NCBI RefSeq assembly: GCF_001949145.1 | Contig: NW_019091358.1 | Coordinates: forward strand, 372,961 to 436,960 | DNA length: 64,000 nt | Origin: Acanthaster planci | Lineage: Eukaryota | Direction: 5' to 3' | Part shown: in pieces, positions 24,896 through 36,597 of the stretch | How the letters are laid out: every line of letters starts with the position of its first letter | Position numbering within the stretch: position 1 is the first letter of the stretch | Translations under genes and position numbers: made by a program | The notes under the pieces: model-generated | Told to the model about the DNA's origin: nothing | The model's input: only the letters and a program-made list of their open reading frames with translations | Database searches by the model: none

Positions 24896-27800
24896 CTATG
24901 ACACATCATTCGCAGAGCCTGGAAGATTGCTCCTCACAGTGATGTACAGCTGGACACAAGCTTTTCCTAATGGTGCCATCTCTTTCCACATGTCCGAGCC
25001 TTCTAGGTGACAAATATCCTGTTGATTGTAAAAAGTGACAAATAGCATCTGTAATAATTTTTCTGACACGTTCAATCAGGCATTGCCTAAAAAGCAACAG
25101 CACCTGTTGATGGCATCGTAGCCACCACTGAAACATTCCTACTGAACATGTACACCAGCGACCAAAACGCATGGAATGAATGTTACACTCAGGTTCTCCT
25201 CGGGGCCACATATTAACAAAAAAGATAACAGTCGACTCTTAGAATAAAAACAGTCTTATGACAAAAGGCTGCTGTAATGGGCAAATTCGTAGAATCCTAA
25301 CTTCTTGAATTCTTGTGTTTTCTTTCTTTTCCTACTCCTTTTATAACAAAGTCAAGGTTATAACAAAATAATTTGTCTGGTTCCTTTTACTTTGATAGAA
25401 CGAGAGTCAAAGTAATTCAAGGTGACAGGACTAATTGCCCTTTCTATCATCATCAAGGAATCTGCAATGAGCTAGTTTTAGTATTTCAAAATAGCAAAGT
25501 CATTTGGTAACAAAGCACACACATGAGTTGGAGTAGGGCCGTGCTGACAGGGTAGACCACACACACGTACACGCATCCATATGACCTTGGCACCTTCCAT
25601 TTTGGGCATGGTCTGTTTGAATATGGATCTGGCTCACTGGTGGAGCCTACCAAACTCCAGACTTGGTATACAATTCAGTCTGAACAGAAACAAGGGATAT
25701 TGCAGTTGAGGACAAAGGAGAAACTTTGAAACCTACTGATAAGTGAATGAGTTTTAGTTCTGTTGACTCCTCTGCCTCTGATCCGCCAGCTTGGTACATC
25801 TCTCTCACTTCACTAGACAACAGGGCACACCTCAAAGAGAGATATTTGGACAAAAACCTCCAAAATTTGCAATAAATAACAGTGCATTCTATTCCTGAAA
25901 AATACAGCCCTGGATTCCCATTTTAAATTTGCGAAATCAGGATTGAATACATGGGCTGTAGAGGTTTTTCAGCCACACGATTTTTGATGGTCAGTGTTCA
26001 ATTGCTGCAGATGTTTATGCGCACACCTTCGAAGTCTCTCAAGCTTCTTGCACACATGAAATTGCCAATAGAAATATACCAATTCTAAGATGCATGCACC
26101 TCCATGGATTTGAAACACTTCCTGAACTGGCTTTGTGCATCAACTGGTGTCACATGAAAACTTTTCAGAGACAAATATAAGCATCTGGTCACAGCACACT
26201 CACAAGCCTCTTTGTAAGGGCTTAGGCACTGTCAAAACTATGATCAAAAACATTAATAGTCTGAAAAAATACCTAAAAAAATGTCTCTCAAATCACTGGA
26301 ATTGGAGGCCTATGTGATGTTCTGAGTGTGTATCTCAATGCATAAACTTTTCTATAGCTTCATGCAAAATACTGAAGTACATAGCAGTCGCAATTGATCC
26401 ACAAAAGCAATCTCAGGGCAGTAAATTGTTCACTCGGTGGAATGTTTCTTGGTTAGGCCATGTGTTCTAATAGCTCCATGGTTAGTAACATTGGAAAATG
26501 GACTTGGCAACAGTTTATTTGATAAAAATGCAACTACTTGCATTATTCCCAGGCGAGATGCAAACAACTGAAAGTGCCTCACTTCCTTCACAAGTGCTGA
26601 CAAATTGATCCGTTAATTTTTCACACTTTACAGAATGTACACAGGGATCCAAATAGAACACAAGTGCTATAGTCTCCTTGAACACAAAGAGCCATGGTAA
26701 AACAGGCATTGAATAATAGGCCTGATGCAAGCAGGTGCGTTCAGAGGGGGAACCTGCCACTTGGGACATCGCATTGGTATTACCATGAAAGAACGGAATC
26801 AACATCGGAGACTGTATTTCTTCCAATTTAGAAAATCCCTTCCAATGCTTACTTGACAAAGAATTGCATGCCAGGCCTCCCAGAGCAGGTGTGATTCTTG
26901 GACACGCCCATCAGGTAAGGCTCTCCAAGCTTGGATTCAGGAATATTGATCTCATCTCGTACTTCTCTAATCGCTGAGTTGATGAGCTCATTTCTTACAT
27001 CAAGTTCTGCGAGATCAGATAAGGTGATTTCTTCCAGTTTGGAAGATCCCCCTTTGACCTCCTTTAAAAAGAAACGACAAAACAAAAAAAACTGAAAAAG
27101 ACAGAAAAAACACATCAACGTTTTTCAAATTTGTAATTAGTCAATATACGACTGAGAATTCTGCCATAGCAGCATTTTCCAAAAAATATAAATAAAATTA
27201 TCACCAAGGTATGACCTTCACTGGAAACTTTTTGATATGTACTCAAACACCTTTGAAATATCTACTTTTGAGAAGTATCACCGTGCTTCCACTTATAATG
27301 TCTAGTGAACTCTTAAACTAATTTTTCTTGATGTAATGTACACAGTAAGGTTAACTTGTTCTCTTTTTAATTTATTATCATCTTGAAATCGTACAATGTC
27401 AGTATGTTAGCCTTTTGGCTGTACAGTGTATGTTACAGACAACCATACATAATAAAGTGGCAACATCTTTCTATTCTATTATTAATACATGTGCAAGATT
27501 GTTTACATAAGCAGTAATTTGAAATAGAAACCAATCCGTATGAATTTGATACTGAATGATTATTGTGTGAAACTCTGCATATTCATGTAAAATTGGTCCA
27601 GGTAACAGCAGGCATATTGAGAAATGTTGGTTTACTTTAGGTTATGGTGTCAGAGATCACTGATAATAAGATTTCTACCAAAAAGTTCTACCGATGGTTC
27701 TGGGTGTCCTCCTGGTATATCCCACAATCCTTGTGCTTCGCCAACGCTTGCGCTTCTCCGTATAAAGATGACAAGGTCATCTTGAGTCTGCACAAATGCA

Positions 27801-28183
27801 CTCACTCCCAGGGCATCAGCCATGTAGGCTTGACTGTTGGCGAAGTCCTTCTTCCCTAATGCTGACAGCTCGGCAGCATTGTCGGCCCAGTTAGTCCCAA
27901 TAAAGTCTTTATATCCAGTGAGTCCAAGACAGAATGTGACTGAACAGCTGTCCTCGCCAAAGCTACCAGCTTTGATTGTATGGAACCTGAACTTCGAGCC
28001 ATTGTAGAGTTTAGGGTTGTTTTTCCTGCGCAGTTCCCATATCCTATCGATGTTGGTCTCGTTGGATGGGAGAAGCTTGCGGTTGTAGTCCTTGCAGAGT
28101 TGGACTTGGAGTTTGGATGGTGGGATACCAGGGAATTTGGGTGCCACAAAATCTAAGGTGAACTCTACATCCATATTTGTCAT
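24896..28183 (-). CDS. NUDT22: NUDT22-like Nudix hydrolase (UDP-glucose pyrophosphatase), 4 coding exons, ~305 aa
   Basis: Exons 28183-27692 (LYNGSKFR..LGLTGYKDFIGTNW..DALGV..RRSASVGEAQGLWDIPGGHPEP), 27061-26853 (SAIREVRDEINIP), 25830-25737 (GGSEAEEST), 25018-24896 (DMWKEMAPLGKAC..stop TAG). Spliced frame is open (918 nt) and matches remembered NUDT22 motifs. The start could be the second Met (28174). Confidence 0.92.
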
Positions 28184-28698
28184 TGCTATAAAAAGTTCAA
28201 GAGGGCAGGTGGGAGAAGTACAATTTGTGAGTAAATCCAGTGATAATGAACAAACATTGGAAAGAGTTGCATATGCGAATGCCAGTAGGCCTAATTATTC
28301 CCAACAGTGACCTATAGTATTAGCCGTCGAAAAGCAAACAAATATCCAGAAAAGTTCACATTAGGAGGAGAAAACCAAGTCGTTTACTTAGAAAACACTT
28401 AAGAATTTTTCAGACCAGTAGGTTTGTGCACGGGGTGTGAAGTTACCCCCAGTCCCAGAACTGTGGGGTCTGACGTCCGCCCGGGCCCCGGGGCCCCGCT
28501 CCCACGTGGCAGCGAGGCGGAAGTCAGAACCCACAGTTCTGTCCGTAGGCTCTTTCCACAGCTGGGGTGCTTGGTACAACTAACCCAAGTAAAAAGCAAA
28601 ATGGGCACAGTTGGATCACACCTAGTACTACTACCGGGCTACTTCTCACCAACTATAGTATTATTATTTTGGAACAGACGACGCGAGTTGCAAGATTT

Positions 28699-29563
28699 GC
28701 CCACAACCACTTCGCCCATTTGCGACATCCCCCATTTGCCACTTTGCCCGTTTGCCGCAATCCCATTTATCACTATGCCCGTTTGCCACTTCACCCATGG
28801 GCCACTTCGCCAACGGTGCCACGGCGAAGCTTCTGTTGAAAAAAATTGTAGTGAGAAGAAGACATAGACACAACACACAGAAACGCAACTACTCAACTAA
28901 CTCCTCCTGGATTCATCCTGAATACAATGAATTTTGAAACTCGAGGTTTCGTTTGATGCATGTTTGATGTAACGGCGATAATACAGATATAGATAAAGCT
29001 AAAAGTGGGCACGGGGTGGGGGCACACACCCTGCCCTGGGGGCTCTCCGGGCCAACCCCAGAACTCAGGGTCTGACGTCGGACCCCACAGTTCTGGGGGT
29101 ACTCCGGGCCCGCGACCAATGGCTCTATATGTCCTCCTTATATATCCCACAATCCTTGTGCTTCACATGGAGTACATTCTGCATGTTGACAACCTGACAC
29201 TGATACGAAATAATGAAAAACTTCCGGAATACTTAGTGAGTTTAGTTCACACAATTAGAGGTGTACTCTTTTGCGAAACTTCCAAGGGTTTTAGCAGAAA
29301 CTTTTTTTTTTTTTGTTCTGTTCTGGTGGAATACTGCATCCTCATCGGGGATGTAATATGCCGGCGATCTTCTATTGTGGCTGGGTCTTGACATTTTGCT
29401 TATTGTGTTTCCAAAAAATGCACGAAATAAACCTGTTAAAAGCTTGATGTAGAGATTCAGAGCGTGTATAATAACACAAAGATATTGTGCGGGCGAAGTG
29501 GTAAATGGGCAAGGTAGCAAATGGGCGAATAGGGTGTGGGCGAAGTGGAAATTGGGCGAAGTG
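28699..29563. repeat. Two inverted arrays of ~15-bp CCACTTCGCCCATTT-like units (Foldback/MuDR-like ends) in the NUDT22-RSPH9 intergenic region
   Basis: 28699-28813 repeats CCACTTCGCCC-like units. 29490-29563 repeats GGGCGAAGTGG-like units. Confidence 0.65.
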
Positions 29564-29604
29564 ACTGAAAACGTACATACATTAAATCGCCAAACCTGAA
29601 GAAA

Positions 29605-29616
29605 CGCGCATGCGCA
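29605..29616. promoter_or_regulatory. NRF1/P3A2/EWG-type site upstream of RSPH9
   Basis: CGCGCATGCGCA ~145 bp before the RSPH9 ATG, next to an RFX half-site-like CCTTGACAAC. Confidence 0.55.
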
Positions 29617-29758
29617 TTGTGCCTTGACAACAGTCGTGTTATGTGAAGGGAAACAACTTTCCGAGTCACGCGAACCGCTTGCTCCGCACGGTAGTTGTTG
29701 TCTTTTTCCTTGTTACTTGCAAGAAAATCCAGAGAACCTTGTCGAAACGCACAGAACC

Positions 29759-32700
29759 ATGGAGTCAGAAGGTCTGCATCTCAATATTGACTACGTCGGA
29801 TCTTGTGGGATTCTGCTGAGTCCCGAGCAAAAATCATCGCTTCAAAATTCGCTTGTGATTCTTCAAAATCATTACAAATTCAACAGGGTATTTTTCTGGG
29901 GGCAAATTAAAGGCATCAAGGGAGACTACTTCATTGCTCAAGGAACTGGAAATGATGAGTTAGCTGACAGAAAAACTTTGTATAGGTATGTCAGAACGAA
30001 AGGAGACACACCATTTAATGTCTTTTATTTTGAGTGTTTTATTCCTCCATGTTTTGACATGATCTTAGCCAAAAGGCCGAGATATGTTTAGATACGTAAC
30101 TAACTTGAAGTTTTGGTTCACACTAACATGACTAACCATGCTAACATACATGTAAGCTAAGCTATTTGATTTGGATATTTATTTTGAAGCCATTGGAAAG
30201 TGTTCCATATACATACTTACCGGTAGGCCTAATTCAGTAATTGACACCCTGTCATAAGACGAAACAGGCAGAGTGAGAAAAGCATGAAATCTATGCCAAG
30301 GGCCTAGTACTAGTTGCCATACAGCAACCCACACAAGCGTCGAGTAAAACACAAAGTAAAAAACGAGTCATAGGCCTACTTGAGGTAAATCATGATCCAG
30401 CGAATGAATGTTATTTGTCTTCTCTTTGAAAGAATAGACGTTGCCTTTGCACAAATTACCCTGTGACTGTATGAGACTGGTCTGGAAACTTCTAACGTAC
30501 TGATTTGTATTTATTTTTTTGCCAGCATGGTACTTAATGTGCACAGACTAGTGACTATTTTGGGGAGTTGAATGTTTGACTGCACATGACAAATCTTTAT
30601 CTGATTCCATTGTAAATTCATGTTCATGAGGATGAACTCAGTGCTTGTGCAATTTTGGACTTCAGTTTCCCTTAGAATCCTTTTAGAGCCACAGCTCAGT
30701 AATTAAAGAAAAGCAAAATAAAATAGAACTTAAATAATTAGGCCTTATTGCAGCTTATGTGTTGATTCAGTTTAAAGCAAAAATGTAACATTAATTTGCT
30801 GGTTTAGCCCGCCAAGATTCAACCCAACAACTGTATGCTGTTGATATCGTCAGTGCACATGTAGTGCTGCTATTTAACAAAAAAAAATGTGTGGCAGAAA
30901 GACAGCACAGTACACACTTTGAAGTCAAAAAGAGAAGGAGAATATCATGTTTAAACTCTTGATTTAAGCCAGATGCATATAAACCAAAGTTTTATTGGCC
31001 TGTTACAAAACAGAATTTCCGTCTTATTCAACCCATTTTCAACTTCCCACTTATCAAAGGTTCTTAGTTCTACTTTTAAACTTTCTATCCTGTAGAATCT
31101 ATGCACTTCCCAGTTCTGCTGTTGACTCAAGTTTGAAAATGAGCAAGTGTTAACTTATAAAATGTATTTTAGAAAACTTGATTTTGGAGCATTTTATGAT
31201 TTTTAGAAACATGCATGGAATAAACCTTGATATGCACTAATGTTACATCTTGATGAAACAGTAAGCCATTTGTGAGTTAAATTTGAATAAAATCTGGTAC
31301 ATTGAGGTCTTTAAATTCATGTGAACATAACAGTTTGAGTTCTCCCTACAAAAGACACTGTTGCAATAGACCACTCTCATTTTGCTTACAATTTGTATGG
31401 GTGACCAAAGTTTGCACAAATCATGATTTTGTGGTTTTTGATTTTACCTCAAATTGGTTCAAATGGACATTTGTCACATTAGTTTTATTTTCATTTAGTT
31501 TGTATACTTTTACTTTTGTACTGACAGCTGGCCATAGTTGTAGCAGCCACTTGTAGGAATACATGTATACCCAGCAAGATATGGGATGGGGGTACCCCCC
31601 CTCCTACGTTTCCAATCTGTACATACTCTAGACTATTGTGACCTAACACATCCCCCCAGATGTCTGAAAAGAATTCCCTGAGATTCTGATCAAACATTAT
31701 GACCAACACAAAGGTGAGGGGGTGCTCTCTGTCCCATATCTTGTTTCAAATGTGTAGGAAAAATATGACTTTGATGTCAAAAGAGCAGACCCTGTATACC
31801 TCGTGATTTGGGGCAAGCTTTTGCCTGGTCACATCAGAGGCTTCTTACATCAATGAGAAAAGCTTAAAGTAACCAGTCCAGTGATGATGATGGTCACTAT
31901 GCTAAAGCTTGCCCCAAATCAGTAGGTTTAGCAATAGTGCCTTTAGTCAGGGAAATTCAAATTATGTTTATGTGCAATCAGAGAACTCGGTGTACTAGAT
32001 TTGATTCAAATTTAACTCCCAACAGGTTTATTCCTGTGATCAATGAAACTTGTAGAGATATAACCTACCACCAAAATACAATGTATATTATTTTAAAGTG
32101 AGTGGACTGATAAGTTTATTTCCCTGCTCAGCTTGGACTGTGTGACATGGGGACTCCTTCCACAAGCCACCCAAGCCATCAGGGAGCAGTGCTCTGTGGT
32201 GAAAGGCAGGTTCATTGGTGATCCCTCCCACGAGTACGAACATGTTGAGATCAAGAGAATTGGTGAGGGGGAGGATGCGACTGAAGAAGAAAACACAGTG
32301 AGTGTTAGCCTCTTGTTTTAAAAATGTCTTACTTTGCTAAGGTGCTAGAAATTTTATTTTTTAGCACCAGCCGGCACATTCAAGCGAAAAGGAGACTTTG
32401 AGATACTTATGGGTGTAAGACAAAGCAGTCCTTTTCCACAGTTGTGCGCATGCTGAGAACTACATGTACAGCATATGCACAGAACTAACAAGCTAGGACC
32501 AGTCAGCTTGCCACCACCAAGCGTTGCAAAGTCTCCCATTGGTTTTTTACTTATAAACATACAAAAAAAAAAATTCATTCCACTCTTATTATTCCAAATT
32601 TCCGACAAGTAGGAAGCTACATGGATATCTTCGTGAGTGAGCAGCCATAATCCAGATCTGTCAATGAACAATGTACTCTTCATATAGTCACAGTTTAGAC

Positions 32701-35033
32701 TGGTTATTCCTAAGCATTCCCCTAAAACTTAATGTCCAATTTCAGCTGTTTTATTCAGGAGAATGCAGCTTTTGTAACTGGCATCTCAGTTTCTGGTGCT
32801 GACTTTTCCTGCAGATTATGATCAAAGAGGAGGACCGCCTCGCGTCCGTCATTGCTCACATAGATGAAGAAGTTGCCATTGTACCCAGGGGAGCCTACGT
32901 CAAGACACCGCATGGTACTGTGCTCAAAAACCGCAGTTTCGAAGGTAGGCCCCATGGAATAATTCATTGCAGGGGTTAGCAGACCTTAGGCATGTTAAAT
33001 AGCACACTACCTGTACATGTACATATGCCAGCAGTGGTATGCCCTGCAAACCTTTATTGTCGTTGGTACAAATGCATAGCATTGCACCACTGAACTTACC
33101 CCTTGGCTTTTCATTTTTGGGGGGGTTAGGTGATCTTCCTTGGCCTATAGATTGTGTAAATTGATGTAACCTTTTGTTTTTCAGGACCTTAATACCTTCT
33201 TGGTTCTCAGGACTCTTCATGAATAACGTAGTTTTATCCCTTTAACCATATGCTGCCGGGTTTAATATGACGTATTCCCGAGGGGTTTTCAAGATTTTCC
33301 ATTTTTAGAATTCTTCAAAAATTCATAACTTCATTTGCTGGATGTTTACACCCACATGAATGACTGTGTGGTTTCTACCCTAATCTGACAGAAACATCTA
33401 TTGTCACCTGAGGATTTCAGCCAGGCCTGTTGCCTTGTAAAAAGAGCCCATTGTGCGGTGTTGCATAATCTTCTTTTGTTCCGGAAACTGGCCCAGTGCG
33501 CTGCTGGCATCTTTTCAAATGCGGACCAGATTAGGGTGCAGTGGTACTGTATTGCCCATCCCTGGAGCGCTTTTGTCCCCAGTGGTAATCCACTCATGCT
33601 GAATGCCATGAACAGTGGTATAATCATTCAAAACAATGATGGATTTCCTCCACTAACGACAACTGAAAAAAATGTTGGCAATAAGCCATTTGCGAGTTAA
33701 ATTTGAATAAAATCTGGTACACTGAAATTCTTTAAATTCACATGAACATAACAACTAGAATTTTCCATACTAAGATCACTGTTGCTAAACCTCGTGATTC
33801 GGTGCAAGCTTTTGCTTAGTTACCTAAGAGACGCCTTGCAACAATACACTGTTCTCAATGGATAAGAACGGCACAAAGGAACCAGTCCATTCCAGAGATG
33901 GTGGTCGCTATGCAAAAGCTTGCCCCGAATCACGAGGTATAGCAACAGTGTCTTTAGTCTGAAGAATTCAAATTGTTATGTTTCTATGCAATCAGATAAC
34001 ACAGTGTACCAATTTTATTCAAATTTGACTCGCAAGTGGCGTATTCCCAGCAGCCCAGTCTTTTGTTCCAAGTAGGCCTGCAGTCTTTTGTTACAATGCT
34101 AAGCTCCTTTGTCCAATTTTGGGCACCCTGGCTATGCGTACAAACCCAAGGTACTGGTGCCTTGTACTGGGCACCCTGGCACGAAGTGGTGAAGAAGGCA
34201 TTGAACCATAATTATGCTACTTCATCCAGTGCATTCTTTCTTTCTTAGATAAAAAACCCAATCCAGACGTTTACCCTTTGTCTGGAATTGTTCATATTCC
34301 AGGCTTGTCTGTGACTGAATCTGGAAAGCTGCACAACTACTTCCACTTCCGTGACCCCATCCGGCTGAGTGAGAAGAGCCTGTTGGAGAAGGCTGACTTA
34401 GAGAAATCCATTGACTTCCTGGATCCTATCCACGAGGATATACCAAGAGGTAGGGGAAAGGGTCACAAATCTTGTTACTAATCCGTAGATGGGAAGTTGG
34501 CTCCTGTCTCAGTATTCTAGAAAAGAACTGTGGAAGCTTCAGGGTTGGGCCCTGAAATTGCTAGTCATTTGGATAAAATTGGTAATTTGGATTTATTAAG
34601 CAACATGCATGGAAAACATTCCCAAGGGAAATCTGTTTCGCAGATACTCTTTTGTGCCTCAAATAAAAAAATGCCCCAGTGTGTGCTTTTATTACTCATG
34701 TAGAGCCTACACTTGGAGGTGTTCCTCCTTAATCCCTCCAAATCCTCCATTTTGCAAGGACCATTTTCAAACTTTCACAAGGCACAAAGGATCTCACTCT
34801 CACTCACTGGCTGTTCCCCTTTGACCCTGTATTTCTAATCTGAGTCTTTGTTGGTGCCCCATTTTGCTGAAGGGTCCTGGAGTTTGAAGTTTGAACGAGG
34901 CAGTGGACTGGTGTCCATCCAGAGCGCTCTGTGGCCAGGCTTGGCATTCTTCCATGTCCCCCACACCCCAAAGTTTGGCTACGTCTACTTCGGGACTGGA
35001 GAGAAGAACAAAGATCTGCCATTCATGTTGTGA
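29759..35033 (+). CDS. RSPH9: Radial spoke head protein 9 homolog, 5 exons, 276 aa
   Basis: Exons 29759-29985 (LSPEQKSSLQNSL..FWGQIKGIKGDYFIAQG), 32132-32297 (KGRFIGDPSHEYE), 32815-32944 (IKEEDRL..IVPRGAY..NRSFEG), 34303-34449 (IDFLDPIHEDIPRG), 34873-35033 (SWS..SALWPGLAFFH..GYVYFGTGEKNKDLPFML*). 831 nt open frame with characteristic RSPH9 motifs. Confidence 0.96.
31262..32028. mobile_element. Repeat family B second copy, itself interrupted (includes a small IR element at ~31574-31745)
   Basis: Same left end (AAGCCATTTGTGAGTTAAATTTGAATAAAATCTGGTAC) and right end (ATTCAAATTTAACTCCCAAC) as 33682-34043. Inner IR AGCAAGATATGGGA / TCCCATATCTTGTT. Confidence 0.75.
33246..34189 (+). mobile_element. 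Repeat family A copy interrupted by a nested element
   Basis: TTAA|CCATATGCTGCCGG ... GCACGAAGTGG|TGAA. Homology to family A stops at ~33681 and resumes at ~34044 (TTCCCAGCAGCC). Confidence 0.85.
33682..34043. mobile_element. Repeat family B long-TIR MITE nested in family A
   Basis: Arms GCCATTTGCGAGTTAAATTTGAATAAAA.. and ..TTTTATTCAAATTTGACTCGCAAGTGGC. Inner arms CCTCGTGATTCGG..AAGCTTTTGC / GCAAAAGCTTGCCCCGAATCACGAGG. Confidence 0.85.
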
Positions 35034-36597
35034 GAAGAGAGCGGGAGCTATGTGTAAATGATGTATAGATTTCTTTAAACTCTTTACAAACTCTGGTAGA
35101 GTTTCTTTGGATTTATCATTGGAAGAATTGCTACCTGGTACATGTAGTTTACTGTGGTCTGGTCCAAAGCAGTAACAGTGCATTGTGGCTTTGACTTATA
35201 TACTGGAACATCTCTAAGGCCATGTACATGTACACTGTCCGTTTGGCTTTTCTTGGAATATTCAGACACAGATGTATCAAAAGTAACTTTCTTGTACATA
35301 ATAGTTTAAATGTTGACAACTGGCATCCCATTTGAAAGTTGTGCAGGCTTGGAAAGGAATATTTCCCGTCTTTCAAAACACAATTTTGAATGTAAATGTA
35401 TACTTGACCAATTTTAAGGGAATTTTCCAAATATTATAAAGTACTTACATTATTTGAAAACTATTTCTTGCTGCACCGTTTAAAGATGATATCAACCATC
35501 TTTTTCGTAATTCTTAAATTTACTTTTTGGTCAAAATGTCTGCGAGGTTTAATCTTGGGGTATTGTAGCAGGCCCTTGTCACAAATAGTTCCGTCCATTT
35601 TAGACTGAATATCGGGCCCTAGTTGACATCAAAGATTAAGGCATGTGGTTTAGAAAAATCTTTTCCCTGGTTTTTGTCTGCAAAGACTGGTCTTAACATA
35701 TGTAAAATTTGTATTGTTGAGAATGCAATTGCTTGGATAAGTTTGCTTTAAATAAATAAAAACAAATACTTGGCCAGAAGTGTCACATTAAGCGTGTGTT
35801 TTTTCTTTCTGTTAATACATGTATGCCTAACCTAAGTGTCTCGATGAATTACCCACATATTCATGTCACTCAATTCCCACATGCATTTCAAACATTTATG
35901 AGGACCCACATGCTATGAATTCTGAAGTGAGTTGTCAATCATGTGGCTCAGGATAAGTTGCTACTTTCAGCATGTCCCGTTGAGTTACGGTTCAACGGAA
36001 GTGCACAGTCATGGTTAGCCTTATTTTAATCACACACACCAAACTTAGTAACATCAAGTTGCATTTGCCTCAAGCTCTTTGTTTTATTGTCTTGGTTCTC
36101 ATTCACAAAACCAAACTGTGTCTGTTAAAGTAACTATGGCTTGATATAACACATGACTATATGGGAACTACACGCAGCTACAACCACTACCATACACTTA
36201 TGGGCAAAACCAAGCTGGCAGGTGGGCAAGTCAGACATGATCTTTAGAACGACGGCTACTGTGGGCTTGCTAAGTGAATTCCAACTACATTAAATACAAG
36301 CACTTGTCTCTCTCACTTAAAGTTGCTACATTGAAGACGTATAGTCCAAATCTTGAGGCTGTAGGCATTTGAGTCTCGTAAACTGTGTACAATAAGATTT
36401 TGTACAACAGTTTGTGTTAAATCTGTGAATAAGAAAGTGCGAGTAAGTAAAGGAGTCAGCTCTCCCCTAACCCAAACGTCCAGGCTGGATGCTGTGTTTA
36501 TTTGTATTTTTTCCTGAAAACCCAGATTTGCTTCTGCAAATCAAATTGCTTCTGTAAATAATGTATTTACAAATGCACACAGTTGCTCTGTGTGGGG

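Noticed and set aside
28388..29669. Cluster of overlapping short ORFs between NUDT22 and RSPH9
   Set aside because: Explained by GC-rich hairpins and minisatellite arrays, with no recognisable protein motifs.
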